A DNA stretch of 61,979 nucleotides, filler included, from Candidatus Woesearchaeota archaeon (GTDB lineage: Archaea > Nanobdellota > Nanobdellia > Woesearchaeales > B72-G16), in the NCBI GenBank assembly GCA_003650545.1. It is 10 parts of 10 records of this genome, joined end to end, with 100 filler letters (N's around TTAATTAATTAA, not from the genome) between each part and the next. Parts side by side here need not be neighbours in the genome. Positions count along the whole stretch, not along the records: positions 1 to 7,831 come from QMQO01000049.1; positions 7,932 to 15,383 come from QMQO01000050.1; 8 more parts are not named here. One strand, written 5' to 3'. Positions within the stretch are counted from its first letter, which is position 1. Each line of letters opens with the position of its first letter. The notes below the pieces were generated by a model. The model had not been told where the DNA came from, did no database searches, and was given only the letters and a program-made list of their open reading frames with translations. The position numbers and the translations under genes were made by a program. Below, piece by piece: positions 1 to 8,200 of the stretch.

Positions 1-153
1 AAAGTATATTTAGAAAAGTGTTTAGAAAAATGTTTAGAAAAGTATTTAGAAAAGTAAGGGTTTAGTAAATTATAAAAAAATATGAAAAGAAAAATAAAAA
101 TACGAAAAGGAAAATAAAAATATGAAAAAAGAAACAAGAAAAAACAAGAAAAA
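1..153. repeat. Degenerate intergenic tandem repeats (about 12-bp AAAAGTGTTTAG units, then about 20-bp AAAAATAYGAAAAGRAAAAT units, then ACAAGAAAA x2)
   Basis: Direct repeats visible at 1-65, 76-130 and 134-153, downstream of the 1274-aa gene. Confidence 0.75.
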
Positions 154-225
154 CACACATAATTTATAAAAAAACAATTTTATTAAAACATTTATTGAAA
201 AGCTATTCATATCAACTATTTATAG

Positions 226-3200
226 CTATTTATAGTAAAAGGTTGTAACATTTGCGCTTAAACCATATGTTTGAGTGTTGTTGTTATACCCATAGACATG
301 CCAATTATACCTTTTATTCTTTAAAAATATGTTCTCATCTGCAATGTATGATGTGCCCTGTACATAGTCCTTTAACACAATAGCATCATTTTCATCCTGT
401 ATAATCAGCAAATAAACATCAGCACCTCTTGCGTGGCTCCATTTAAATAAGGGTGTGTTAATTTCTTCGCCATCTGAAGGCGTTATTAGGAGAGGATTTT
501 CAGGAACACACAAACCATATTTACAATGTGTTTCACTGGGGCAATCATGAATTTTTTCATCCAAAATAAAACACCCATCCTTTAAGATACATTCTCTAAA
601 GCCATCTCCATAACATACCAAGCTGTTGTTTGAGCATTCATTGCAGGAAGGCGTTCTTAAACTAATTAAGTGAGAGTCAAAAAATTTTTTTTCTCCATTT
701 TCATAATAAACAGCCCTCACCACGAAATAGTACCGTGTGTCAGGATAAAGATTTGTTACAGTATAATCTTTTTGATTTACTTTTGCCACAAATGTGTATT
801 CATTTGGCAAAAACTCTTCAGATGTAGATTTATACACTTCATAGTATGCTATGGGAAAAGCAATTTCATGGTCCCATTTTAAAGTAACTGAGTCTCTATC
901 CAAATCAGAATAACTAAGTTCCAAACTGGCAACATAAAAATCCATCTGATCAAAAATGTTATATTCTGAGAAACCGTAATCACCTATGCTGTATTGTGTT
1001 TCACCATTCTCTGACTTTCTCGCCACATCCACCCGGAACATGTATTTTCCTGGTTCTTCAGGCGCTATAAAATTAAAGTGGATAATATCATTCCCATAAT
1101 TGAAAGGACACGAAACATCCAAATGAGCAATTCTTTTATCTCGAAATACATTCTGGTCTTTTCCTTCGATTAAAAATCTTCTTTCAATAATAGACTTGAT
1201 CAATACATCGCCAGCACCAAGACCCCAGGTACAACCAGCTGTATTCAAATTAACAACAGAAACTTCAACATCTACAGACTGCCCAGGCAACACTATTCCT
1301 ATGTTATTATCTACTTTCATTCCTATGTTGTTATTTATCTTCAGGCTGGCCCAAGGTTTTAATAAACCATCAAAGGTTATTGCAGCGTTATCCGCTGTGT
1401 TAACAGCAACATCCCAGAGGTCTGCGCCCATTCCAACAATGCACTCACCAGCTCCTAAGGTTATTCTGAGTGTATTAAGGCCTGGCAGATAACTCAATGG
1501 TCCTAGAAGATCACTTATTGGATCGTGATGATCAAAATAACAATCTATATAGTAATCTGTGTTAAATAACTTTTCTAAAATTAGCCTTTTAAATGGGATA
1601 CCAGCATCTAGACCAATTGTTTCTAAAACTATACTAATGCCTTCAAAAGGAAGAGTCACGATTACAGTTTGTGGCAAGATAATTGTGTGAGCTGTTTTAC
1701 CAATGCCATACACCATTGCCCTAACAGGGTCTGCTCCTTCACTTAATCTATACACTGCATGAGTTATACCGCCTATAAGGGCAAAATGGGTTTCCCATTT
1801 TTTATTAAAATCTCTAACACTTTTGAAAAATTTAGCAATATCGTCAAGTTCTTCTTCTATCATCACGGTAGTTTCACCCACATTTTCATAATTCAAAGCC
1901 GAAGACAAGTAAAAAGTATTTGCAGAGGTTACCATACTTTCTGCAGTTTTTGACAAGTCATTTCCCAAATTAATGATTTTGTATTTATTAAGAAGCTCAG
2001 CAGACAGAGCAATGAATTCAACACTATCGCCAAAATATCCTACACCTTTATCAGACATCCCTAAAAAGTTTCTACGTTCTTCAGAAGTCGTTAAATTTAA
2101 CCCGTTGAAAAATCTTTCACACTCTTCATCAGTGTCAGTGATGCATGATTCAATTAATTTCTGAAAAGCCGCTTTATCGAGAAGATAAAAATCATACTCT
2201 TTACAGGCACCATTTTCACATTTTAGTTCACACTCCTCAATCTTCCTTGTCTCGATCTTTCTTTCACAACCTCCATTGGAACAAAAATCAATTGTAAACT
2301 TTTGATATAAAATGTTTCCATCACAGTATGGCTCTGTATATGGAATCTCTGCACCACAATCAGAATCTCTCTCACAACTCTGGCAATAACCAGATGCGCA
2401 ATTGTCACAGAAAGCTACATGGAACCAATCGTAGCAGCCCTCATTGCTCCAGCTACACACCTGGACTGATCTGCCACTACATCTCCTGTCGCCAATCTCA
2501 CACATGTCAAAACAGCTGCCTGTGTAAAATGTTGCAGAATCTGTATAGCCATACCAGTCGTTTTCTTTATCATAAGACGAAATAAACCAGTGATAAGTTT
2601 TATTTTTATCAAGAATGTTTTCAGACAATCTGTAAAATGTATAATTGGTGTGTGTGTCCAAAAGCCAGTTGTTAGATTCGCTATCTTTTAAGCGAAGATT
2701 ATACTCTACGCCCTCACCAGGTACCATTGACCACTGGAACAGAGGGTTTTTCTGTTTTATTTTTTCTCTATCCGATGGATATATTATGTGTGGTTTTTTA
2801 AGTACACAACTACCATAAAAACAATCTTTTGATGCAGGACAATTGTTGTAGGTCCAATAAAACTTCCCGTCTGGTTGTTTCTTACACTCTCTGTATTTTC
2901 TATCATCGACACAGTTTTTTTCGCCTATCACAGTACAAGGGGGATTGACCTTAAAATACATTTCACCATTTGTGTTATAAAAACCAGCAGTTGGGCTAAA
3001 GCTGTTTGACTTTTTGCTAAATGCGCTGATGCGCCAGTAATATCTTTCAAACAGATTCAACAATCCATCAGGTATCTTATAACTTGTTGTATTTAAAATT
3101 ACAGTAGAAACCAAATTATAATCCCCATAATCGTATTCAACAATGTCTATCTTATAAAAGTCAGCTTCTGGCACCGGAGTCCATTCTAAAGTTGGTGTGA

Positions 3201-4050
3201 ATGTTGAAACATCTTTATTGAATTCAGGTCTAAGCAGTTCAGGGATGTGAGGCGTGCATATACCATAATCGCAAATAAAATCCCCTAGTTCCAGACAATC
3301 TTCATCAGTTAAACAGTACCTAAAATCCTCATCCGTTAGATTACACTCCTTTTTAATACAGAATCCACCCAGGTCACCCAAACCGATATAGTCACAATAG
3401 CCAAGATTATAACAAGTATCACTATAACAAACACCAGTTAAGAATCCACAAAATTCACATGCAGATGCTTCCAAAAGCATTTTGCATGTTTTCCCAGAGA
3501 TATCATTTGAAGCTGTGTCTGAATTATTCCAATTTTCTTGACTACCATTATTATTGTGACTATCATTGAAGTTGCAAACTATACCTTCATCAATCTCACC
3601 ATCACAATCATTATCTTTGTCATCACAAACCTCTGTTCCATAAGGGGAGTTTTGCTGATTACTATCATTGCAATCTTCGATAGTTAGACATCTACCAACA
3701 TCAAGCACTTTACCATGTTGCAAGTCACTTATACAGTTTTCTCCTTCTTCACAGAACTTTCCAGCGCCGTCCATATCGCGATCTACACATAAAACAACAC
3801 AGACATCTTTCAGGTAATCATATTCTGAATTATAAGGACAGCATTTATCATTCAAAAAATAATCCTCGCCAGCTCCAGAACAATATGTTCCAGAAGGGCA
3901 ATCCATGTCATTTCTACAAAATTCATTTCCGCTGTTAGTTGGTGTAGGTTGAATAGTAGGAAGCTCAACAGAGTGGACAGATGAGGAGGATATTAACACC
4001 ACTAATAGAATTAAAAATATCATAATTAATTTATTTTCATTACATTTCAC
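226..4050 (-). CDS. Large secreted cysteine-rich surface protein with FN3-like modules and a putative metal-binding (MopE-like) motif
   Basis: N-terminal signal peptide; DCNDS...EVCDDKDNDCDGEIDEG motif; three 'P..F.W..V..A..Y.L.I...Y.W' modules; one classic FN3 (VTLKW...YTVTNLYPDTRYYFVVRA); many Cys-rich spacers. Confidence 0.8.
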   Translation of the reverse strand: MKCNENKLIMIFLILLVVLISSSSVHSVELPTIQPTPTNSGNEFCRNDMDCPSGTYCSGAGEDYFLNDKCCPYNSEYDYLKDVCVVLCVDRDMDGAGKFCEEGENCISDLQHGKVLDVGRCLTIEDCNDSNQQNSPYGTEVCDDKDNDCDGEIDEGIVCNFNDSHNNNGSQENWNNSDTASNDISGKTCKMLLEASACEFCGFLTGVCYSDTCYNLGYCDYIGLGDLGGFCIKKECNLTDEDFRYCLTDEDCLELGDFICDYGICTPHIPELLRPEFNKDVSTFTPTLEWTPVPEADFYKIDIVEYDYGDYNLVSTVILNTTSYKIPDGLLNLFERYYWRISAFSKKSNSFSPTAGFYNTNGEMYFKVNPPCTVIGEKNCVDDRKYRECKKQPDGKFYWTYNNCPASKDCFYGSCVLKKPHIIYPSDREKIKQKNPLFQWSMVPGEGVEYNLRLKDSESNNWLLDTHTNYTFYRLSENILDKNKTYHWFISSYDKENDWYGYTDSATFYTGSCFDMCEIGDRRCSGRSVQVCSWSNEGCYDWFHVAFCDNCASGYCQSCERDSDCGAEIPYTEPYCDGNILYQKFTIDFCSNGGCERKIETRKIEECELKCENGACKEYDFYLLDKAAFQKLIESCITDTDEECERFFNGLNLTTSEERRNFLGMSDKGVGYFGDSVEFIALSAELLNKYKIINLGNDLSKTAESMVTSANTFYLSSALNYENVGETTVMIEEELDDIAKFFKSVRDFNKKWETHFALIGGITHAVYRLSEGADPVRAMVYGIGKTAHTIILPQTVIVTLPFEGISIVLETIGLDAGIPFKRLILEKLFNTDYYIDCYFDHHDPISDLLGPLSYLPGLNTLRITLGAGECIVGMGADLWDVAVNTADNAAITFDGLLKPWASLKINNNIGMKVDNNIGIVLPGQSVDVEVSVVNLNTAGCTWGLGAGDVLIKSIIERRFLIEGKDQNVFRDKRIAHLDVSCPFNYGNDIIHFNFIAPEEPGKYMFRVDVARKSENGETQYSIGDYGFSEYNIFDQMDFYVASLELSYSDLDRDSVTLKWDHEIAFPIAYYEVYKSTSEEFLPNEYTFVAKVNQKDYTVTNLYPDTRYYFVVRAVYYENGEKKFFDSHLISLRTPSCNECSNNSLVCYGDGFRECILKDGCFILDEKIHDCPSETHCKYGLCVPENPLLITPSDGEEINTPLFKWSHARGADVYLLIIQDENDAIVLKDYVQGTSYIADENIFLKNKRYNWHVYGYNNNTQTYGLSANVTTFYYK

Positions 4051-4122
4051 TTTATAAATATTTATAGTAACACTGTTTATAAATATTTGTCAACCCTGAA
4101 CGGAAGATTTCCGGCTACAGTT

Positions 4123-4596
4123 CTACAGTTTTCCATACTTTAGTGTGATAGAAATAGCAACTAGCATTAGCAATACAACAATAGCAGAAGCTATACAATA
4201 TGGACAGATAGCTTGAATTATGAATACCTCAAGATATGTTAAATAGGAACTAAAAAGAAATGCTAGAAATATGATTGTCCACAAGAATTTTCTTATCTGT
4301 AGTTTATGCTTTTTAAGCAAAGTCACCTTTAGAATTACAGTGACAAAAACAATGGAATACCCGATAACACCTATGAGAGCAATAGGGACACCGTATATTT
4401 TTGCATATTTACTTGTATTAACTGCAGTGCAGCCTTTCCCACATGCACCTGCAGCAGCATTCAGCTCAACATAAAGAAGATAACTTGCAATAATAATTCC
4501 TATCATTGCCAGAACAATCAAAATTTTTCCACTATGTTTTGCAATTCTTTTTGGCATACCAGGGCGGGATATTATTTCATATATAAATCTTTTCAA
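4123..4596 (-). CDS. Vitamin K epoxide reductase (VKOR) family disulfide-bond formation protein
   Basis: Four TM segments, loop Cys pair (ACGKGCTAVNTSKYA), G.P motif and active-site CPYC. Confidence 0.92.
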   Translation of the reverse strand: MKRFIYEIISRPGMPKRIAKHSGKILIVLAMIGIIIASYLLYVELNAAAGACGKGCTAVNTSKYAKIYGVPIALIGVIGYSIVFVTVILKVTLLKKHKLQIRKFLWTIIFLAFLFSSYLTYLEVFIIQAICPYCIASAIVVLLMLVAISITLKYGKL

Positions 4597-4650
4597 TCTA
4601 AGAAATCTAAGCTATAGCAATCTAAAAAAATTGCAATCTAAAAAATCTAA
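4595..4650. repeat. AATCTAA direct repeats (about 5 copies) at the VKOR 5' end
   Basis: aatctaag-aaatctaag...caatctaaaa...caatctaaaa-aatctaaa. Confidence 0.65.
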
Positions 4651-4752
4651 ATCCAGAAATAACCACAGTAATAAAGAAATCCTTATATATCCAAAATAAA
4701 TATTTAAGATAAATATTTGTGTGATCAGGTGTGATTGGGTGATGTGGGTAAC

Positions 4753-5256
4753 ATGACTTCGGTTCTATTGATAATATCCCCTGAAGAATTTATGGATTCA
4801 GAGTTTGATGATACAAAGAAAATCTTTGAACAAGAAGGATTCGAAATCACAGTAGCCAGCAAAGGCGTTTCAAAAGCTTTAGGCAAGCTTGGTAGCATTG
4901 TAAAAGTGGACATAGATATAGACAAAGTGGAAGTTAAAGATTATGATGCGATTATTTTTATAGGCGGCAGTGGTGCTCGCATTTACTTCAATGACCCTGT
5001 TGCTTTAGTCATAGCAAAAGAAGCTGTTGAACAGGGGAAGATATTGGCAGCTATATGTGTTTCTCCAGCTATCCTAGGAAATGCCGGTGTCCTTCAAAAA
5101 AAGAAAGCAACAATCTTTCCATCAGCAGTATATTTGTTACGTGGAAAGGCTGAATACACAGGCAAGGCTGTGGAAGTTGATGGTAACATTATAACAGCTA
5201 ATGGTCCGAGAGCAGCAAAGGCATTTGCAAAGAAGATAGTGGAATTAATTGGTTAG
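4753..5256 (+). CDS. DJ-1/PfpI family protein
   Basis: Motifs YDAIIFIGGSG, AAICVSP (nucleophilic Cys), KKATIF, VEVDGNIITANGP; start taken at ATG 4753 (ORF track starts at 4735). Confidence 0.92.
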   Translation: MTSVLLIISPEEFMDSEFDDTKKIFEQEGFEITVASKGVSKALGKLGSIVKVDIDIDKVEVKDYDAIIFIGGSGARIYFNDPVALVIAKEAVEQGKILAAICVSPAILGNAGVLQKKKATIFPSAVYLLRGKAEYTGKAVEVDGNIITANGPRAAKAFAKKIVELIG

Positions 5257-5291
5257 TGACTAATATGTTAGTGACTAACATTAGTGACTAA
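5253..5291. repeat. Three copies of the palindrome TTAGT-G-ACTAA overlapping the DJ-1 stop codon
   Basis: Copies at 5253-5263, 5268-5278 and 5281-5291. Confidence 0.85.
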
Positions 5292-5408
5292 TATTGGACA
5301 ACAATTCTAATCATTGAAATCTTGTTTTTCTAATCATTGTTTTATAATTTGATAAAACTTATAAATAGAATGTAGAACTCAACCTATTGATATAAGTTAA
5401 GAAATAAA

Positions 5409-6812
5409 ATGGTGAAGAATAACAACCGAACATATGACATATTTCTAAAAGAAATAGGTGAGACATTAGCCAGAATTTTTCCAGCAGAGAGATCAATAAA
5501 TAGATCTAAAATAAGAAAAAGACAATCTAAGCAGATAACCAATGGCTATTTTGATTTCTTATCTAAAGTAAAAACACCTGACCAAGTGACAGATCTATCT
5601 TTAAAATTAACTAGAGAAAATGATATAAGAACCACATCAAAAAAAACCGATTTTTATCATTACAATAAAGAAAGAACAAATTTTGCAGTTGTTCGTTATG
5701 GTGATAGACCATTAGAAGACGGGCTTAGGATTCTATTCGCGCATACGGACAGCCCCTGTTTACGTGTAAAACCAAAACCATTACTTCTAAATTGGGATCC
5801 TGAGCTTAGGGACCATTATCCTGGTGTTCTTTTGGATACGTTTCATTACGGTGGAGTTCCGATTCATCAGTGGTTTGGTTTAGATGTGTTAATCACTGGC
5901 ACGGCTGTCCGCAATGGTAGAAGCAGGAAAATAAATCTGCCAGGATTCATAATGGATCATTCTATTCACATAGATACACGAGAATTCAATGAAGAATATT
6001 ATTCTGAAGCATTCCCTGCAGATGGGCCAGATGTTGTTACAGGTTACCCCAGTAGACAATCGCTAATCAGCAAGCTCGGGTTCGAATCAGAAGATGATTT
6101 TGGGAGAGCGAAGATCTATGTGGTTCCAAGGTCTCAACCATTAATGATACCTAACTATATTATTGGCTATGGTCACGACAACAGGATTGGTGTTTACACA
6201 GCACTACGTGCACTATTCGAAGCTGAACCAAAACATACAACGGTTCTCTTTTGTCTCGACAGAGAAGAAGTCGGTGAACTTTCGGGGGATTCTTCTGCAG
6301 GTCACTACATCGATGATGTTCTTTATCAAATGATTGCTGCTAAAAATAACATTGATATAAAAAACATAACAGACGGAATGTTGAGAACTATCTTAAGGAA
6401 ATCTATCGCAATAAATACAGATGTAACAGTATCTTCTGGCGGCATCGATATAGATAAAATAGACCAGCGCAATGCGGCTAAGATGGGCTATGGCGTAGTT
6501 CTTACTGTTGAAGACGGATCAAATAACACAACAAATGTATCTCAATTTTTGGTAGATTATTTTATGGATCTGCTAAATAAAGCAAAAATTACCTACCAGG
6601 TTTGCGGTTCTTTTCAACCCGTAGATGATTTGGCATACCAGGAAACATATAACAACTTACTTTTGTCTAAAGGAACACAAACAATCAATTTAGGAATGGG
6701 CATTGCAAATGCTCATGGAGTCCTCGAGATAGCTTGCATTCACGATCTATACTGGGCAGTTAAGGCGTATAAAGCATTCATAGAGAGCACAGAGAATCCA
6801 CCAAAAGCTTAG
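5409..6812 (+). CDS. M18 family (aspartyl/aminopeptidase I-like) zinc aminopeptidase
   Basis: AHTDSP.L.VKP, YGG...QWF, GHDNR, DREEVG, D-V and C-terminal AH metal-ligand motifs. Confidence 0.85.
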   Translation: MVKNNNRTYDIFLKEIGETLARIFPAERSINRSKIRKRQSKQITNGYFDFLSKVKTPDQVTDLSLKLTRENDIRTTSKKTDFYHYNKERTNFAVVRYGDRPLEDGLRILFAHTDSPCLRVKPKPLLLNWDPELRDHYPGVLLDTFHYGGVPIHQWFGLDVLITGTAVRNGRSRKINLPGFIMDHSIHIDTREFNEEYYSEAFPADGPDVVTGYPSRQSLISKLGFESEDDFGRAKIYVVPRSQPLMIPNYIIGYGHDNRIGVYTALRALFEAEPKHTTVLFCLDREEVGELSGDSSAGHYIDDVLYQMIAAKNNIDIKNITDGMLRTILRKSIAINTDVTVSSGGIDIDKIDQRNAAKMGYGVVLTVEDGSNNTTNVSQFLVDYFMDLLNKAKITYQVCGSFQPVDDLAYQETYNNLLLSKGTQTINLGMGIANAHGVLEIACIHDLYWAVKAYKAFIESTENPPKA

Positions 6813-6907
6813 TTAGCTTAGTTCTATCTAACTTTCCTTTCTATTCAATTTTCTGTCCAATCTAATCTTCTAAACGACTAGGCTAACAGGGTGCTATCAA
6901 CTTATGT

Positions 6908-6960
6908 GTGCTAATTAAATAAGGTGCTAATTAAATATTGTCTAATTAAATATGCTAATA
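6908..6960. repeat. GTGCTAATTAAATA direct repeats (two exact plus two degenerate)
   Basis: 6908-6921 and 6924-6937 exact; 6940-6952 and 6953-6960 partial. Confidence 0.8.
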
Positions 6961-7044
6961 TTGAGGCGATCCTGCACCTTTTGGCGACTGAAACAAGGCG
7001 AAGCGTCTTAACCCACCAAAATTGACTTAACCGGCTGGCTAAAC

Positions 7045-7058
7045 AAAAACTTTAAAAA
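7045..7058 (+). promoter_or_regulatory. Archaeal BRE/TATA-like promoter of tRNA-Ser
   Basis: AAAAAC-TTTAAAAA about 25-30 nt upstream of the tRNA 5' end. Confidence 0.55.
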
Positions 7059-7082
7059 TAGATGATTTATTCATATTCTTAA

Positions 7083-7305
7083 GCCGCGGTCGCATAGATA
7101 ACCGCATAGATGGTTAGTGCAATCTGGTATTGCGCAGGATTGCTAAGTACTTTTTTTGTGCTTTAGATTTCCTAGCAATATGCATAGGTCGCAAAGATCC
7201 TGTCCCTTTGGGATCGAGGGTTCAAAAGGTTTTGCATACAATAAATCAATCTCGAAGAGAAAGATGAAGTGTATGTAAACCCTCTTGAAAATCCCTCCCG
7301 CGGCG
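7083..7305 (+). tRNA. tRNA-Ser(GCT) with three introns (15/16: 7098-7122; 37/38: 7146-7196; 59/60: 7227-7291)
   Basis: Acceptor GCCGCGG/CCGCGGC+G; anticodon arm CAGGA-TTGCTA|A-TCCTG; long variable arm TCCCTTTGGGA; T arm GAGGG-TTCAAA|T-CCCTC; each intron is bounded by a bulge-helix-bulge (GCAT/GTGC, TTGC/GCAA, TTCA/TGAA). Confidence 0.9.
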
Positions 7306-7624
7306 TGTTCAAGAAGATAGTTTTGCTGATACATTGCAAAATTGAATTTTGATATTGATAGCCCACACAAATATGTCTAGATTGTCTTTATATTTCTCAC
7401 AAAGAATTAAAAATCAAGTAAAAATAATGTAAAGTAAAAAAAAAGCTTTTAGATTTGCTCCTTTGCTCCTTTTACTTGGATTAACCAACAAATAAAAACC
7501 TTTAAAAAATTATAAGAATTATTACCTTTAAGATTACTGATTACGTGCTTGCTTATTGCATGCGAAGATAGATTGTGATTAAAAAGGTTAGGATAAATAG
7601 TTTTCAAAAAAGAGGTTCAAATAA

Positions 7625-7798
7625 ATGAAAACAGGTGCTAGGGGGTTAATAAAGGACATAATAATAGTTATTCTAGGCTACCAAATATTTAGAGCTTGGC
7701 TGATGAAAGAAATAATTACTGTTGACACCGTTATACTAACATTAATTGTGTTTACTTTGTCAACTTGGTTTATACTTGAAAGAGTGGGTCTAGCATAA
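7625..7798 (+). CDS. Small two-TM membrane protein (57 aa), not in the ORF track
   Basis: GAGGT SD upstream; MKTGARGLIKDIIIVILGYQIFRAWLMKEIITVDTVILTLIVFTLSTWFILERVGLA*. Confidence 0.65.
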   Translation: MKTGARGLIKDIIIVILGYQIFRAWLMKEIITVDTVILTLIVFTLSTWFILERVGLA

Positions 7799-7831
7799 CA
7801 GACGATTAATATGAATGATTTGTATAAAGAG

Positions 7832-7931
7832 NNNNNNNNNNNNNNNNNNNNNNNNNNNNNNNNNNNNNNNNNNNNTTAATTAATTAANNNNNNNNNNNNN
7901 NNNNNNNNNNNNNNNNNNNNNNNNNNNNNNN
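7832..7931. other. Artificial contig linker (44N-TTAATTAATTAA-44N)
   Basis: Identical 100-bp spacer with stops in all six frames, also at 15384-15483, 22072-22171, 28358-28457, 34063-34162, 39760-39859, 45429-45528, 51015-51114 and 56536-56635. Confidence 0.97.
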
Positions 7932-8047
7932 TGAGTGCGCCCATTCCGCTGCGCACTCATTCATCAACCAAAAATACTAGAAAAAACTAACGGAGGACCT
8001 CAATTCCTCCCAAACGTAAACGTTTGGGTATCCTTGAGGTAGATGTA
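7932..8047 (+). mobile_element. Terminal fragment of an IS200/IS605-like or MITE/PATE-like element (copy 1)
   Basis: Hairpin TGAGTGCGC/GCGCACTCA, AACTAACGGAGG, then CAATTCCT-CCCAAACG-taaa-CGTTTGGG-TATCCTTG; homologous inverted copy at 50898-51014; lies at a contig end. Confidence 0.6.
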
Positions 8048-8149
8048 ATGAAACGAAGCAGTAGACGTTGGAAGAAAAAAGGACAGATGCGCTGGAAATG
8101 GCAGCGCAAAAGAATGAGAAAAGAAAAAAGAAAACGTAAACAGAAATAG
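8048..8149 (+). CDS. rpl41e: Ribosomal protein L41e (33 aa), not in the ORF track
   Basis: MKRSSRRWKKKGQMRWKWQRKRMRKEKRKRKQK* matches the archaeal L41e pattern MRWKW.KKR; GAGGT SD at 8036-8040. Confidence 0.88.
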   Translation: MKRSSRRWKKKGQMRWKWQRKRMRKEKRKRKQK

Positions 8150-8200
8150 TTTCAGAGATTTCTAGATAGCTTTATATATAAAAAATAATAATTAATTAGA

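Noticed and set aside
1..153. Tandem repeats as a possible CRISPR array
   Set aside because: Units are 9-20 bp, degenerate and lack unique spacers; no cas genes
6961..7010. Possible hammerhead ribozyme or known riboswitch (CTGA...CGAA)
   Set aside because: Lacks the CUGANGA and GAAA cores and three-stem geometry; no riboswitch consensus I can match; kept only as an unknown structured element
7143..7370. ORF-track entries 7143-7370 and 7172-7366
   Set aside because: Antisense to the intron-containing tRNA-Ser; spurious
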